Of a stretch of DNA of 64,000 nt, positions 52,088 to 63,010 are shown piece by piece. Position 1 is the first letter of the stretch, and each line of letters opens with the position of its first letter. The translations under genes were made by a program, and so were the position numbers. The notes under the pieces were generated by a model, which did no database searches, was not told where the DNA came from, and saw only the letters and a program-made list of their open reading frames with translations. Origin of the DNA: a virus; the IMG/VR virus record IMGVR_UViG_3300035701_000001. One strand, given 5' to 3'.

Positions 52088-52617
52088 TCTCTGGACTTGC
52101 CCTTGCCACGCTCACCTTGGCCTTTGCCTCCGACTCCGAAGGTGAGGAGTCCTGGAAGGACCGCTTCGACCGGTGCGATGCGGAACGGGCGATGTATGGG
52201 ATCGAACCCCTGACAGCGGCCGAGCGAATGACGTGGATGCTCGGGCAGGCCCCTCCAATCCCCTGTTACCTGCTCCAGGCCTGGTGGCACAAAGCCAAGG
52301 CGTACATCCAGACGTACAAGGACAACGCCACGTGGACCCTCCGGATCTACAAGGCGACCCCCCGCAAGAAGGACGGAGTGTTGATCTGGAAGGTCCACCG
52401 GATCGATGACTTCGAAGGAATGGGGCTGATTCGGTTCGAAAAAGAGTTTGGCTGGGGACCTATGCGGAAGGAAGTTGCACGGATCTCCGAACGGCTCCGG
52501 GTTCCCATGGCAGGAAACTGTGGGTCGAACTTCGAACTTCTCCGTACGACCTACCGTTTTCCCTGGGATCCTCTCCCTACCTACACAAAGCTCGGCGCAA
52601 AGAGGGGAATGCCATGA
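52084..52617 (+). CDS. array paralog 28
   Basis: family motif; shares KATPRKKDG.LIWK with 27. Confidence 0.85.
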   Translation: MISGLALATLTLAFASDSEGEESWKDRFDRCDAERAMYGIEPLTAAERMTWMLGQAPPIPCYLLQAWWHKAKAYIQTYKDNATWTLRIYKATPRKKDGVLIWKVHRIDDFEGMGLIRFEKEFGWGPMRKEVARISERLRVPMAGNCGSNFELLRTTYRFPWDPLPTYTKLGAKRGMP

Positions 52618-53258
52618 TCTCTGCCCTCTCCCTGCTTTCTCTTGTTTTTTCCGTTGTTTCGGACGGGGAAGAAACCGAGTCGTGGGAAGAGATTTTTGAG
52701 AGGGCGGATGCCCTGCGGGCCCAGTATGGAGTCCCGCCGATTCCGCCTTCCGAACGCATGAAGATCCTGATCGGAAAATCGACGCTTTCCTTCTCGGAAT
52801 CCGAGTTCGAAAGAGCGAATCTTCTGCGTGAAAAGATCGGTATTCCTCAAATCGTAAAGAATGAAGGAGCTTCTCTTCTTACGAGAACCCACTTGTTTCC
52901 TCCGGAATGGATGGTTGGATTCTTGGATGAGGAGACGAGGAAAGCCTCTGGAATTCGCAGGAAGAAGGGAGGACCTCTCGACCGGGATCGATACGGACGG
53001 TACGTTGGAATCTACCGGTTGAAACCAGGTCCAGAGCCGGATCGTCCCTTCTACGATCTCGTCTCGTTTCTTTCGATGAAAGATCCGTTTTTTTCAAAAG
53101 AAATTCGCAAGATGGAAAACCATCAGATTGTCGAAGTGGCCTCGAAGATGCTGCTTGTTCCATCCTATTATTACATGTGGTTGATTTTTCAGTATCCTGG
53201 TTGTGGAAGAGCTTTTCATCCCCTCGAAGAGCACCTCGTGGTCTGGCCATGGGAATGA
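52614..53258 (+). CDS. array paralog 29 (partial internal duplication of scaffold)
   Basis: FERADALRAQYGVP then FERANLLREKIGIP. Confidence 0.85.
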   Translation: MISALSLLSLVFSVVSDGEETESWEEIFERADALRAQYGVPPIPPSERMKILIGKSTLSFSESEFERANLLREKIGIPQIVKNEGASLLTRTHLFPPEWMVGFLDEETRKASGIRRKKGGPLDRDRYGRYVGIYRLKPGPEPDRPFYDLVSFLSMKDPFFSKEIRKMENHQIVEVASKMLLVPSYYYMWLIFQYPGCGRAFHPLEEHLVVWPWE

Positions 53259-53701
53259 TCTGGACTCTACCATTTCTGGCCTTGGCCGCTGCCTCGGATT
53301 CCGAAGGCGGAAACGAAGAGGCCTGGGCCGAGCGGTTTGCCCAGATCGATGCCTGGCGGAAGGATTGTGGAATCCCTGTGCTCAGTCCCCAGGAGCGGAT
53401 GTCGTTCCTCCTTGGGTTTCCCCAGGTTCCCCGTGATTGGATCGTGACGTACCATTTCCTGCGCGAGGATATTGATCAATTGAAGACGCCGGAATCGGTT
53501 GGGTTTTCCGTCGTCTTGCTGCGACAGGAACCCGGTACGACCTACTGGACCCTCCACCGGAAATGGGGTGGGTATCGAATCGACCAGGCCATCGAGGAGG
53601 CCACACGGATTTCCCGGAATCTACTCGTGGGGCTTGACCTCAGCATCACCCTGTTCCGTCCTGTGTCCGAGACGAAGTACGAGACGGAGCACCTGAAATG
53701 A
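53255..53701 (+). CDS. array paralog 30
   Basis: family motif. Confidence 0.85.
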   Translation: MIWTLPFLALAAASDSEGGNEEAWAERFAQIDAWRKDCGIPVLSPQERMSFLLGFPQVPRDWIVTYHFLREDIDQLKTPESVGFSVVLLRQEPGTTYWTLHRKWGGYRIDQAIEEATRISRNLLVGLDLSITLFRPVSETKYETEHLK

Positions 53702-54192
53702 TCGAGACCCTGCTGTTGTCGCTTGGACTCGCTGCCCTTTCCGACGAGGAGAAAGAGAACGAAGAGGACTGGGCCAAGCGATTTGCGCAGATAGATACCG
53801 AGCGAAGCAAGTATGGATTTCCTCAGCTCACAGCCCCGGAACGGATGAAGATCTTTCTCGGGCAGACCTGTGTGAACCCCCGGTATGCTCTCGGGCTCGA
53901 AGGATTGGATCTACCTGATCACAGCGGGTGGGGCTGGGCGATGAGCCTGTATGAGGCATGTGAACCCACTCTGGAAGTCCGGTACCGGTTCTGGATGATT
54001 CCGAAAGGATTTCAACCTGTTTTTCTTCAACCTCGTTTTCGGTCAAGACAATCAGAAAGAATGTCGAGGTGGAAACGTGTCTGTTCCATTGCCAGCCAAT
54101 GCTGGATTCCCTGTCATCTTTCTGTTGGTCGGTGGAATGATGTGCAAAAGATCTCTGCCGAGGAGTACGAGTCCCAGTGGAGATTCCAGTGA
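53698..54192 (+). CDS. array paralog 31
   Basis: family motif. Confidence 0.85.
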   Translation: MIETLLLSLGLAALSDEEKENEEDWAKRFAQIDTERSKYGFPQLTAPERMKIFLGQTCVNPRYALGLEGLDLPDHSGWGWAMSLYEACEPTLEVRYRFWMIPKGFQPVFLQPRFRSRQSERMSRWKRVCSIASQCWIPCHLSVGRWNDVQKISAEEYESQWRFQ

Positions 54193-54713
54193 TTGGTCTT
54201 ATACTCCTACCGCTGGTCCTGGCCGCCGCCTTCGATTCCGAAGGCAAGAGCGAAGAGGACTGGGCCAAGCGGTTTGCAGAGGTTGACGCCCTGCGCACCT
54301 CCATGAGGGTTCGACCCCTCACCGCACGAGAACGGATGAGCCTGGTGATCGGGGGGTCGTTTGGAAAGAAGCCAAAGAATGTAGATCTCGAATCCGTGGA
54401 GGTCCCCGAGTATCTCGTCGGGTACGTGGCGGTTGGAGAGCATGGGACCACGATGGCGAGCATTTCCTGGTACCTCATCGTACTGCAGAGGGAGTCTGAC
54501 GAGGATGGAACTTTTTGGAACGAAATCCACCGTCGGTTGATCCTGCAACACCACTGGGATCTCTGCAGCGAGGAATCCGTCCAGGAGGTACGGATGGCCC
54601 GTGAACAGGTGGAGGAGTGGGCGAGGAAACTTTTGTTACCATTCGAACCCTTTGTACGACACGGGGAACGGATCGATTCCGACTGGATGGATCACGTGGA
54701 ATGGCCACTATGA
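54189..54713 (+). CDS. array paralog 32
   Basis: family motif, GTG start. Confidence 0.8.
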   Translation: MIGLILLPLVLAAAFDSEGKSEEDWAKRFAEVDALRTSMRVRPLTARERMSLVIGGSFGKKPKNVDLESVEVPEYLVGYVAVGEHGTTMASISWYLIVLQRESDEDGTFWNEIHRRLILQHHWDLCSEESVQEVRMAREQVEEWARKLLLPFEPFVRHGERIDSDWMDHVEWPL

Positions 54714-55201
54714 CGGGAATCGTGCTGCTACCGCTTGTGCTTGCCGCCCTCTCCGACGAGGAGAGGGGTGGGGAAGGGGTGTGGGTCGAACGGTTTGCAC
54801 GGTGCGATGCCCTGCGGATTCAGCGAGGGGTTCGCCCCCTCACAGCACGGGAACGGATGCGGATACTCCTCTCGGATCCCTTCGACCCGCTGAACGAAGT
54901 CCCGGAGTACATGGTCGGATACCATCCCTCCGAAGATCACAAGACCTGGCTTGTCGGAATCTACCGGAATAGCAAGTTTGTCCATCCCCACGAACGCTTC
55001 AAGTGGATTCTGATCCATGAGAAGTCGATGGATCCATTGGACCCTGGAAAACTTGTCTTCTTCGAAGAAGCGACCGTAGGGCAACTTTTGCCGACTGTCC
55101 GTCGGTATGCCTTCGAGATGTACCTGCCCATCGACCCCTACTTGACACCGCAGAATTCCATCTGGGAAGACTGGCGTAGAGACGTGGAGTATCCATGGTG
55201 A
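54710..55201 (+). CDS. array paralog 33
   Basis: family motif. Confidence 0.85.
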   Translation: MTGIVLLPLVLAALSDEERGGEGVWVERFARCDALRIQRGVRPLTARERMRILLSDPFDPLNEVPEYMVGYHPSEDHKTWLVGIYRNSKFVHPHERFKWILIHEKSMDPLDPGKLVFFEEATVGQLLPTVRRYAFEMYLPIDPYLTPQNSIWEDWRRDVEYPW

Positions 55202-55671
55202 TGGGTCTGGCTTTGCTTCCGCTGTGGCTGGCGGCTACTTCCGATGAAGAAGGAGGAAACGAGGAGGCGTGGGCCGAACGGTTTGCCCAGGTCGACGCGG
55301 AACGAAAATCCTGTGGTATTCCACCGCTTTCTCTACGGGAACGGACGAATGCGATAATCAAGGGACATCCATGGCCCCGTCCGGGGGATCTGGTCGTTGG
55401 ATTTCACGCCAAGAAAACCTGGTATGCCTGCGTATTCTGGGTTCAGTCCATTCCCAGCAGGGCGCTTCCCGGTGGAATATGGAAAAAGGGAATGACCGTG
55501 AACGAGATCATCCATCGGGGTCCTGGTCACACCCTTTCAAAGGGGTGGAAGGCGGGTTCCATCGAAGCCTGCAACAAGGAAATCAAAGAGATGGCCCAGA
55601 GATTTCTGTTGCCCTATGGGTACAACATTCACCTGGAATGCGTGATAGAGGAAGTTCATTACCCATGGTGA
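55195..55671 (+). CDS. array paralog 34
   Basis: family motif. Confidence 0.85.
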   Translation: MVMGLALLPLWLAATSDEEGGNEEAWAERFAQVDAERKSCGIPPLSLRERTNAIIKGHPWPRPGDLVVGFHAKKTWYACVFWVQSIPSRALPGGIWKKGMTVNEIIHRGPGHTLSKGWKAGSIEACNKEIKEMAQRFLLPYGYNIHLECVIEEVHYPW

Positions 55672-56144
55672 CTCTAGCTCTTCCTCTGCTATTCCTGGCC
55701 GCTGCCTCCGATTCAGAAGACAGCAACGAAGGGGCTTGGACCAGGCGGTTTGCAGAGGTCGACGCGAAACGGGCGAAATATGGTATCGAACCTCTCTCTC
55801 CCCAGGAACGCATGGCGTGGATGATTGGAACTTCTCCGCCTCTTCCGTCTTACGGCCTCATGTATTCCCGTGCCGATCTCTGGGGAAACGGTGTGTATAC
55901 ATATGGCATCCGGTTCTACAAGGTTGCGTTTCGAAGAGGGACCGAAGAATTTTCCTGGCGATACTGCATCGAAGATGACGTCCATCGGAATGAAATCAAA
56001 TGGTGTTCTGATTCCATCCTCTTCGAACGTCAATTGTCGGAGGATCTCAGGATTCCCATCCTATTAGCCGTCCAAGGACAAGGAAGCAGGCAATACCGGT
56101 ATGCGGACGATCCGCCCTCAAAATGGAGGGTGTTTCCAAAATGA
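55665..56144 (+). CDS. array paralog 35
   Basis: family motif. Confidence 0.85.
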   Translation: MVTLALPLLFLAAASDSEDSNEGAWTRRFAEVDAKRAKYGIEPLSPQERMAWMIGTSPPLPSYGLMYSRADLWGNGVYTYGIRFYKVAFRRGTEEFSWRYCIEDDVHRNEIKWCSDSILFERQLSEDLRIPILLAVQGQGSRQYRYADDPPSKWRVFPK

Positions 56145-56632
56145 TTCCTGGGATTTCCATCCTGGTTTTCGTGCTGTCCGCCGCCTCGGATTCCGAAGGT
56201 GAGAGCGAAGAGACTTGGGCCGAACGGTTTGCCCGGTGTGATGCGATCCGTGAAAAATACAGAATCCCGCTGCTCACCGCAAAGGAGCGAATGTCGATTC
56301 TCCTCGGACAACACCGTATTTCGACGGACAATCCTCCAAGCCATCTCGTTGGATATTACTGGAGTTCCGGGGAATGGATCGTAGCCTTATACAAGAAAAA
56401 ACCCATTTTTTCAAGGATTCCATATCACAAGGGAGAATCGATCTCCAGAAGCTCAATCTGGAAGACGGTGTGGAAGATTTCCATCGGTGTGGCGAGCGAC
56501 ATTCCAGTCCAGAAAGTACAGGATAAAGCATTGGGAATTGCACGTGAACTTTTGCTCGGCTTCGACGACAGGGTCTGCCCGGATGATCTGGTCGGTTTTC
56601 AATGGGACGAGAACGTGCAGTGGCCATGGTAA
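56141..56632 (+). CDS. array paralog 36
   Basis: family motif. Confidence 0.85.
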   Translation: MIPGISILVFVLSAASDSEGESEETWAERFARCDAIREKYRIPLLTAKERMSILLGQHRISTDNPPSHLVGYYWSSGEWIVALYKKKPIFSRIPYHKGESISRSSIWKTVWKISIGVASDIPVQKVQDKALGIARELLLGFDDRVCPDDLVGFQWDENVQWPW

Positions 56633-56638
56633 ATCTTC

Positions 56639-56760
56639 ACCACGAAGAACACGAAGGACACAAAGGAAGACGGAGGACCATCCGATCTCTGCATTCTCCG
56701 CGTCCTCGGCGGTAGAAAAGAACGATAGAATTACCACGGAGGACACAGAGGACACAGAGC
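56639..56760 (+). repeat. dispersed palindromic repeat, copy 5
   Basis: ACCACGAAGAACACGAAGGACAC..CTCCGCGTCCTCGGCGGTAGAAAAGAACG..ACCACGGAGGACACAGAG. Confidence 0.85.
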
Positions 56761-56786
56761 AGCTATAGAGAACCTGGAGTCTCCCC

Positions 56787-57179
56787 ATGGTCCTCGAACT
56801 TGCCTTCGTCCCCCTGGTCCTCTCGGTGGTCTCCGACGACGAATCGGAAGGGGAGAAGAACTGGGCCGAACGGTTCGAAGCCATTGACAAGGCTCGGAGT
56901 GTCCGGGGCCTTCCCCTGCTCACCCCGGCGGACCGGTTCCAGTTCTTGATGGGAGAGTTCCCGAAGAACTCGGAGTACGTGATCATGGGGTACGAGACGA
57001 GCCAGGGGGATTACCACGTTTCCATTCTGTGCGTAAACAAGGACAACCCACAGGCCTTCCACTACTTTCGACTCCTCGGCCTCCAGGAATGCCCTCCGAA
57101 AGATGCACGGGCAGAACGACTCCTGCTGCAGTCCTACGGGGAGAAGCTGGCACTTCCCGTCCGGGTGAGGATGAAATGA
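56787..57179 (+). CDS. array paralog 37
   Basis: family motif. Confidence 0.85.
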   Translation: MVLELAFVPLVLSVVSDDESEGEKNWAERFEAIDKARSVRGLPLLTPADRFQFLMGEFPKNSEYVIMGYETSQGDYHVSILCVNKDNPQAFHYFRLLGLQECPPKDARAERLLLQSYGEKLALPVRVRMK

Positions 57180-57619
57180 TCGAGGCCCTTGCTCTCGCCA
57201 CGATGACGCTTGCACTCGGTATGGGACCGGACATGCCCGAGGAAGTGCTCTGGACAGGAATCTTCGATGCCATCGACGAAGCCCGGAAACGCTACGAAGT
57301 GCCTCCCCTCTCGGCCGAGGAGCGGATGCGGAAAATGCTCGGGGAAGACCCTCGGGAAGGGGAGTATCTCCTCACGATACTGAGGGGGAAACCCTACAAG
57401 GAAACCGATCCACTCCACAAGATTTTTCCGCCAGATCAGCATTCCCAGTACTTCCTGGCGATCTTGAGAAGAAAAGAAAAGGAAGACGGGGTCCCGTACT
57501 GGGTCCTATACCGTAAACTGACAGTGGAGATGGACTACGCGCCTCTGCGGCTCGGAACGGACAGTCCCGTGGAACGATTCGAGAAGCTCCTGTATCTTGC
57601 CTATCGGAGAAACGGATGA
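57176..57619 (+). CDS. array paralog 38
   Basis: family motif (divergent). Confidence 0.8.
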   Translation: MIEALALATMTLALGMGPDMPEEVLWTGIFDAIDEARKRYEVPPLSAEERMRKMLGEDPREGEYLLTILRGKPYKETDPLHKIFPPDQHSQYFLAILRRKEKEDGVPYWVLYRKLTVEMDYAPLRLGTDSPVERFEKLLYLAYRRNG

Positions 57620-58326
57620 TCCCGGAACTCCTCCTCGCAAGTCTCATCCTGGCCGCTGCCTCAGACGGGGAATCGGCCGAGGAGGAAGCCTGGGTTGAAC
57701 GGTTCCGGGAAACGGATGCCTACCGCGCGAGCTTCGGGCTCGGACCCCTGACCGCTGCCCAGCGTATGAGGGTGTTGCTGGGACAACCTCCGATTCCAAA
57801 GAAGGAGTATGATCGATGGAGAGAGGACCGAACTGAAGCCAAGAATGCATGTCGGTTTCACCTGATGTATCTCTTGTGGGGTGAGGAACAGGTTCTTGGG
57901 GGAGCCCTCTGTCCCGATGAGGGGTTCTGGAAGACACGGATCACAACGATCAATGCCAACCGGGCTCGACTCTCGGAAGCTGCCCTCGATCATGTCTGGG
58001 AACCGCAACCGACCCCCATTGGAAATGTGCTGGCTCCTGTGACGATTGGTCCCCTGACTCCCGTGGAGATCGGACGGATCCGAAAAGGACAACCTCCTGT
58101 TCTTGGCCTCTTTGTCCTCACGTTCTCTCCTTCCAATTCCGAGACTGATTTTCAGGGAGGTCCCAACATCGAGTTCTGCCGAAAACTCGAATCCGGAAAT
58201 TGGAAGATGCACGACACGCTCTTCATCAAAAACCGAGGCGACTCAGTTGGATCGGACTTTTGTGCGAAGGTATATTCTCAGGAAATCTACCTGCCATTCG
58301 TCCCCCGTCTGAAGGGGGTTGTATGA
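57616..58326 (+). CDS. array paralog 39 (long variable region)
   Basis: family motif; 236 aa. Confidence 0.85.
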   Translation: MIPELLLASLILAAASDGESAEEEAWVERFRETDAYRASFGLGPLTAAQRMRVLLGQPPIPKKEYDRWREDRTEAKNACRFHLMYLLWGEEQVLGGALCPDEGFWKTRITTINANRARLSEAALDHVWEPQPTPIGNVLAPVTIGPLTPVEIGRIRKGQPPVLGLFVLTFSPSNSETDFQGGPNIEFCRKLESGNWKMHDTLFIKNRGDSVGSDFCAKVYSQEIYLPFVPRLKGVV

Positions 58327-58796
58327 TCCTGACCCTTTCCCTTGCCGCACTGGGCTTGGCCACCGTTTCGAACGGAGAGTCGGCCGAGGGAAAAGCCTGG
58401 ATACAACGGTTCGAAACCATCGACCAGAACCGCACAAAATGGGGCATCCCCCTGCTTACACCTCGGGAACGCATGGAGGCGATGCTCGGACAGAAGTCCA
58501 CGAATTCCCTCTACTGCATCACGACGAATTTCAACCGTGAGTTCTACGATGGCCAGGGCAGACACCAGTGGATTTACTGCATCCACTTCTGGAGGTGGAT
58601 GAAGCTGCCCAGGAGCTATTCCGAGGAAGGAGGAATGTGGTCTCCCGAGAAGGCCCCTGCCGAGTTTCAGATGTTCATCCAGGGATACTTCATGGATCTC
58701 ATCGAACAGGCCCGGCAGTTGGCTCGGGACTTGTATCTACCCTTTGCCGTCGGGGAGATCGATGCGTTCTCCCATGCGCTGCCGGAGGAACGATGA
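58323..58796 (+). CDS. array paralog 40
   Basis: family motif. Confidence 0.85.
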   Translation: MILTLSLAALGLATVSNGESAEGKAWIQRFETIDQNRTKWGIPLLTPRERMEAMLGQKSTNSLYCITTNFNREFYDGQGRHQWIYCIHFWRWMKLPRSYSEEGGMWSPEKAPAEFQMFIQGYFMDLIEQARQLARDLYLPFAVGEIDAFSHALPEER

Positions 58797-59254
58797 TTTC
58801 GACCCTTGCTTTCGCCGTACTCGGACTGGCCGCCGCATCGGAACCAGAAACGTCGGACGAAAAAGCCTGGGAAAAACGATTCCAGGACACGGATCGCCTT
58901 CGGAAGACCTGGGGCGTTCCTCCCCTCACCGCACGGGAACGGTTTGCGATGCTGCTGGGGCAATCGGCTCCACGGGATACCCATGTCGTCCAGGTCGTCC
59001 ATGTCATCGACCAGATCGGTTGGTGTCCGGAACCCCGGTATCCGGAACGGTACGACATCCTCATCTGGCAATTCTTGGGGACGAAAAATGAAGGGGAACC
59101 CCTCTGGAAAGATGCAGGCCGGTACAAGTGGTCTTCCAAAGATTCGAACGAAGGAGAAAAGACTGCAAAACACCTGTCCGACATTCTCTACATTCCCTTC
59201 TCGGAAGAAAATCCCAAGAACTCCATCGGCATTCCGAAGTTCAGGGAGGGTTGA
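58793..59254 (+). CDS. array paralog 41
   Basis: family motif. Confidence 0.85.
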   Translation: MISTLAFAVLGLAAASEPETSDEKAWEKRFQDTDRLRKTWGVPPLTARERFAMLLGQSAPRDTHVVQVVHVIDQIGWCPEPRYPERYDILIWQFLGTKNEGEPLWKDAGRYKWSSKDSNEGEKTAKHLSDILYIPFSEENPKNSIGIPKFREG

Positions 59255-59257
59255 TCG

Positions 59258-59692
59258 ATGTCCGTCCTTCCCTTGACACTCATCTCCCTCGCACTTGCCG
59301 CCGGTTCGGACGGGGAATCCTCCGGGGAGAAGACCTGGGAAGAGCGGTTCGACGCCCTGGACGCTGCACGGAGAGAATTCTTCGTTCCTCCACTTTCCGC
59401 CGAGGAACGGATGCGGGTACTGCTCGGGGAACTCCCAAACAACAAGGAGTACGTGGTCTCTGCGGAATACGTGAGCAGTGGCTGGTACGGAATCGTCCTG
59501 CACCCGATGGAACAGAAAAGGAAGTCCCGGTTGAGCCAGGTCCAGAAGAGCCCCTGGGCGTGGGGTCGATTTGCGGGACATGTCGAGTTTCACGTGCTCT
59601 ACCATTCCCGGTGGATCGAAGAGCTTTCGAAACGCTTGTTCCTTCCTGCACGGGAGGATTTGCGGGTGGGGTCGCCATGTTCGAAGGGCTGA
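59258..59692 (+). CDS. array paralog 42
   Basis: family motif. Confidence 0.85.
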   Translation: MSVLPLTLISLALAAGSDGESSGEKTWEERFDALDAARREFFVPPLSAEERMRVLLGELPNNKEYVVSAEYVSSGWYGIVLHPMEQKRKSRLSQVQKSPWAWGRFAGHVEFHVLYHSRWIEELSKRLFLPAREDLRVGSPCSKG

Positions 59693-60099
59693 GCCTGATC
59701 ACCCTGGCCCTCTCGGCACTCTCCGAGGGAGAGGGCTCCGGGGAGGAATCCTGGGTCCAGCGGTTCGAAGAGGTCAATGCCCTGCGCTTCAAGTACGGAA
59801 TCCCGGTACTCACGGCTCGGGAACGGATGGAGGTGATGCTGGGAGAACCCCCCTCGTCCCATTTGACATGGGCCATTCGATTCCAAGAAAATTCCCTCAA
59901 TCCAAACGCCTACGACACCACGCTGGACCGTTACGATGGAGAACGGGAGAGATGGACCTTTGTGAACGTCTTGCGCACGGAGGTTGTCGGGTCAAACCGT
60001 GACGAGGACAAGAAGTGGGAGAAAAACTTTCATCTCCTCGAAGGACGAGCAGAGGACCTTGCTCGGTTCCTCCACATTCCCTTTGAATCTGTCGTCTAG
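59677..60099 (+). CDS. array paralog 43
   Basis: family motif. Confidence 0.85.
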   Translation: MFEGLSLITLALSALSEGEGSGEESWVQRFEEVNALRFKYGIPVLTARERMEVMLGEPPSSHLTWAIRFQENSLNPNAYDTTLDRYDGERERWTFVNVLRTEVVGSNRDEDKKWEKNFHLLEGRAEDLARFLHIPFESVV

Positions 60100-60113
60100 G
60101 CAAGACAGGATAA

Positions 60114-60861
<748 letters not shown>

Positions 60862-60865
<4 letters not shown>

Positions 60866-61293
60866 TGTTGCCCGTTCTTTCCCTCGCATTCCTCGGGATG
60901 GCCGCTGCCTTGGACGGGGAAGAGTCTGGGGAGCAGTCGTGGGCTCGATGGTTCGAAGAATGCGACCGACTGCGGGCTCAATATCACCTTCCTCCACTCA
61001 CAAGGCGGGAGCGGATGAAGAAAATGCTCGGAGAACCCAATCGGACGGAAGAATACTTTGTCGAAATCGGAAGTTGGAGGAAAACCAAAAAGGGAATCCT
61101 CTTGTTTGACCTGGAGATTTACAAGGAACAACAACCAGAACCTTTCTACCGAATGAGGTCCTGGCTCAGGATAGGGGTCAAACACTTGAAATCCGGGAAG
61201 TTCGAGGGAAAAGTGATTCGATTGAACAAGCAATGGATCCAGGCAGGAAGGACGTTTGCCGAAAAACTCTATCTCCCGTTCAAACTCACATGA
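60862..61293 (+). CDS. array paralog 46
   Basis: family motif. Confidence 0.85.
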
Positions 61294-61754
61294 CTCTGCC
61301 TTTTTTCATCGTTGCGCTCGGACTCGCCGCTGCCTCGGAGGGGTCATTTCTCGACGAATCCGCCTGGCAAGAACGGTTCCAGCAGATCGACGATCTCCGT
61401 GTCCTTCATGGGATTCCCCGGCTGTCTCCACGAGAACGGATAAACCGGATGCTCGGACATTCCCCGCTTGACTACTTCTACTCCGTGACCGTCGAGCAGA
61501 ACGTTCACAACGGGCTACAGTACGATACCGTCCTGTGGAAGTGGAAACGGGACTTCCGTCACAAGGAAGCGAATCGAAAAGAGTGGGTTGCCGTTGCTGT
61601 GGAACAATTGGATAATGACTTTCTGGAAGACTACAACCTGGAAATCGGAGAACAGACAGCGGACTTGATGCGGATGGAAAAATCAGCACGAGAAAGAGCA
61701 CGTTCCCTCTACATCCGATACGGGTCTCCATGGATCTGGGGGCAAGAACCCTGA
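61290..61754 (+). CDS. array paralog 47
   Basis: family motif. Confidence 0.85.
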   Translation: MTLPFFIVALGLAAASEGSFLDESAWQERFQQIDDLRVLHGIPRLSPRERINRMLGHSPLDYFYSVTVEQNVHNGLQYDTVLWKWKRDFRHKEANRKEWVAVAVEQLDNDFLEDYNLEIGEQTADLMRMEKSARERARSLYIRYGSPWIWGQEP

Positions 61755-62149
61755 TGTTCCCACTTCTTTCCCTTGCTACCCTTGCCCTTGCCTCTGGTTC
61801 GGACAGAGAAGAATCCAGTGAAGAGGCCTGGGCCGAACGGTTCCTCCGATGTGACGCACTCAGGACCCGATTCGGAATTCCACCGTTGACTCCTGGGGAC
61901 CGGATGAAAGTTCTTCTCGGGCAAGGTGGAATCAATCCCGAGTATCGGCTCAACGTCCGGAGAAATACTTCCCTTCCACCATCCGGGTATTTTGTAATAC
62001 TCGAAAAGAACAAAGATTTCCCTGCGACTTGTTGGTGTCCTCTGCAACGGGTGAGCCCTCTGTACTCAACCGATAGAGAAGCCAACGCGGAAGGCTACCG
62101 GTTGAGCCGGGAGATGTGGATTGTCGTTTCTCAGTGGATTACAGAGTAG
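61754..62149 (+). CDS. array paralog 48
   Basis: family motif. Confidence 0.85.
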   Translation: MFPLLSLATLALASGSDREESSEEAWAERFLRCDALRTRFGIPPLTPGDRMKVLLGQGGINPEYRLNVRRNTSLPPSGYFVILEKNKDFPATCWCPLQRVSPLYSTDREANAEGYRLSREMWIVVSQWITE

Positions 62150-62151
62150 AA

Positions 62152-62523
62152 ATGATATTCGTCCTTCCTACGCTGTGTCTCAGCCTGGCCATCGCTTCGG
62201 ATACCGAGGTAGAAAGCGAACAAGCCTGGGCTGAACGGTTTGAAGCCATTGACCGGAACCGAGCGGAATTAGAAATCCCTCCACTCATGGCAAAAGAAAG
62301 GATGGGTCTTCTGCTTGGAAAATGGCCGAACCCGGACTTCTACTATATCGACGTTCACGAATTTCCACGTCGGCAAGATCGTTTTCGAATGGCGTTATAT
62401 CGGCACGGAAAGAAAGAGAGGGACTTGCCGTTGAAGAACCAGGAGCACGGATTCGAAGCCGGTCAGGAAGCCATTGCCCTGGCAAAGTCTCTCTACATTT
62501 CCTGGGGACCTGACCCCGCCTGA
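62152..62523 (+). CDS. array paralog 49
   Basis: family motif. Confidence 0.85.
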   Translation: MIFVLPTLCLSLAIASDTEVESEQAWAERFEAIDRNRAELEIPPLMAKERMGLLLGKWPNPDFYYIDVHEFPRRQDRFRMALYRHGKKERDLPLKNQEHGFEAGQEAIALAKSLYISWGPDPA

Positions 62524-62539
62524 CACGATAGAGGATCCT

Positions 62540-63004
62540 ATGTTCCCCGCCCTTTCCCTTGTCACCCTCGCCCTTGCCTCCGGATCGGACGGAGAAGAAT
62601 CCAGCGAAAAAGCCTGGTTTGAACGATTCGAAGCCATCGATCAAGCACGGAAAGGCTTGAATATACCACCTCTTTCGAAGAAAGAGCGGATGGCTTTGTT
62701 GTTGGGGCAGGGACCCATCTGCACGACGTTTGTCCTCAACGTCTGCCAGAGCCGGGACCCTACCTCCTACGACGAAGCGATGCATCGTTCCGAGTTCAAC
62801 TACGACATTTCCCTTGCCCGCTGGGAGAAAGATCCCGTCTATCCCGCATCTACGACGTGGTTTCTGAAGCCCATGAGGACGGAGTACTGCATCACGGATG
62901 CCTTGCGGAAGGTCCGGGAGTACAGCCAGGACTTGAACTTGAAGTTCCTGTGGTGTGAACCCCACGACTTACCTCCTCCTCCCTACATCTCAGCCTACGA
63001 GTAG
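62540..63004 (+). CDS. array paralog 50
   Basis: family motif. Confidence 0.85.
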   Translation: MFPALSLVTLALASGSDGEESSEKAWFERFEAIDQARKGLNIPPLSKKERMALLLGQGPICTTFVLNVCQSRDPTSYDEAMHRSEFNYDISLARWEKDPVYPASTTWFLKPMRTEYCITDALRKVREYSQDLNLKFLWCEPHDLPPPPYISAYE

Positions 63005-63010
63005 GCCCCC

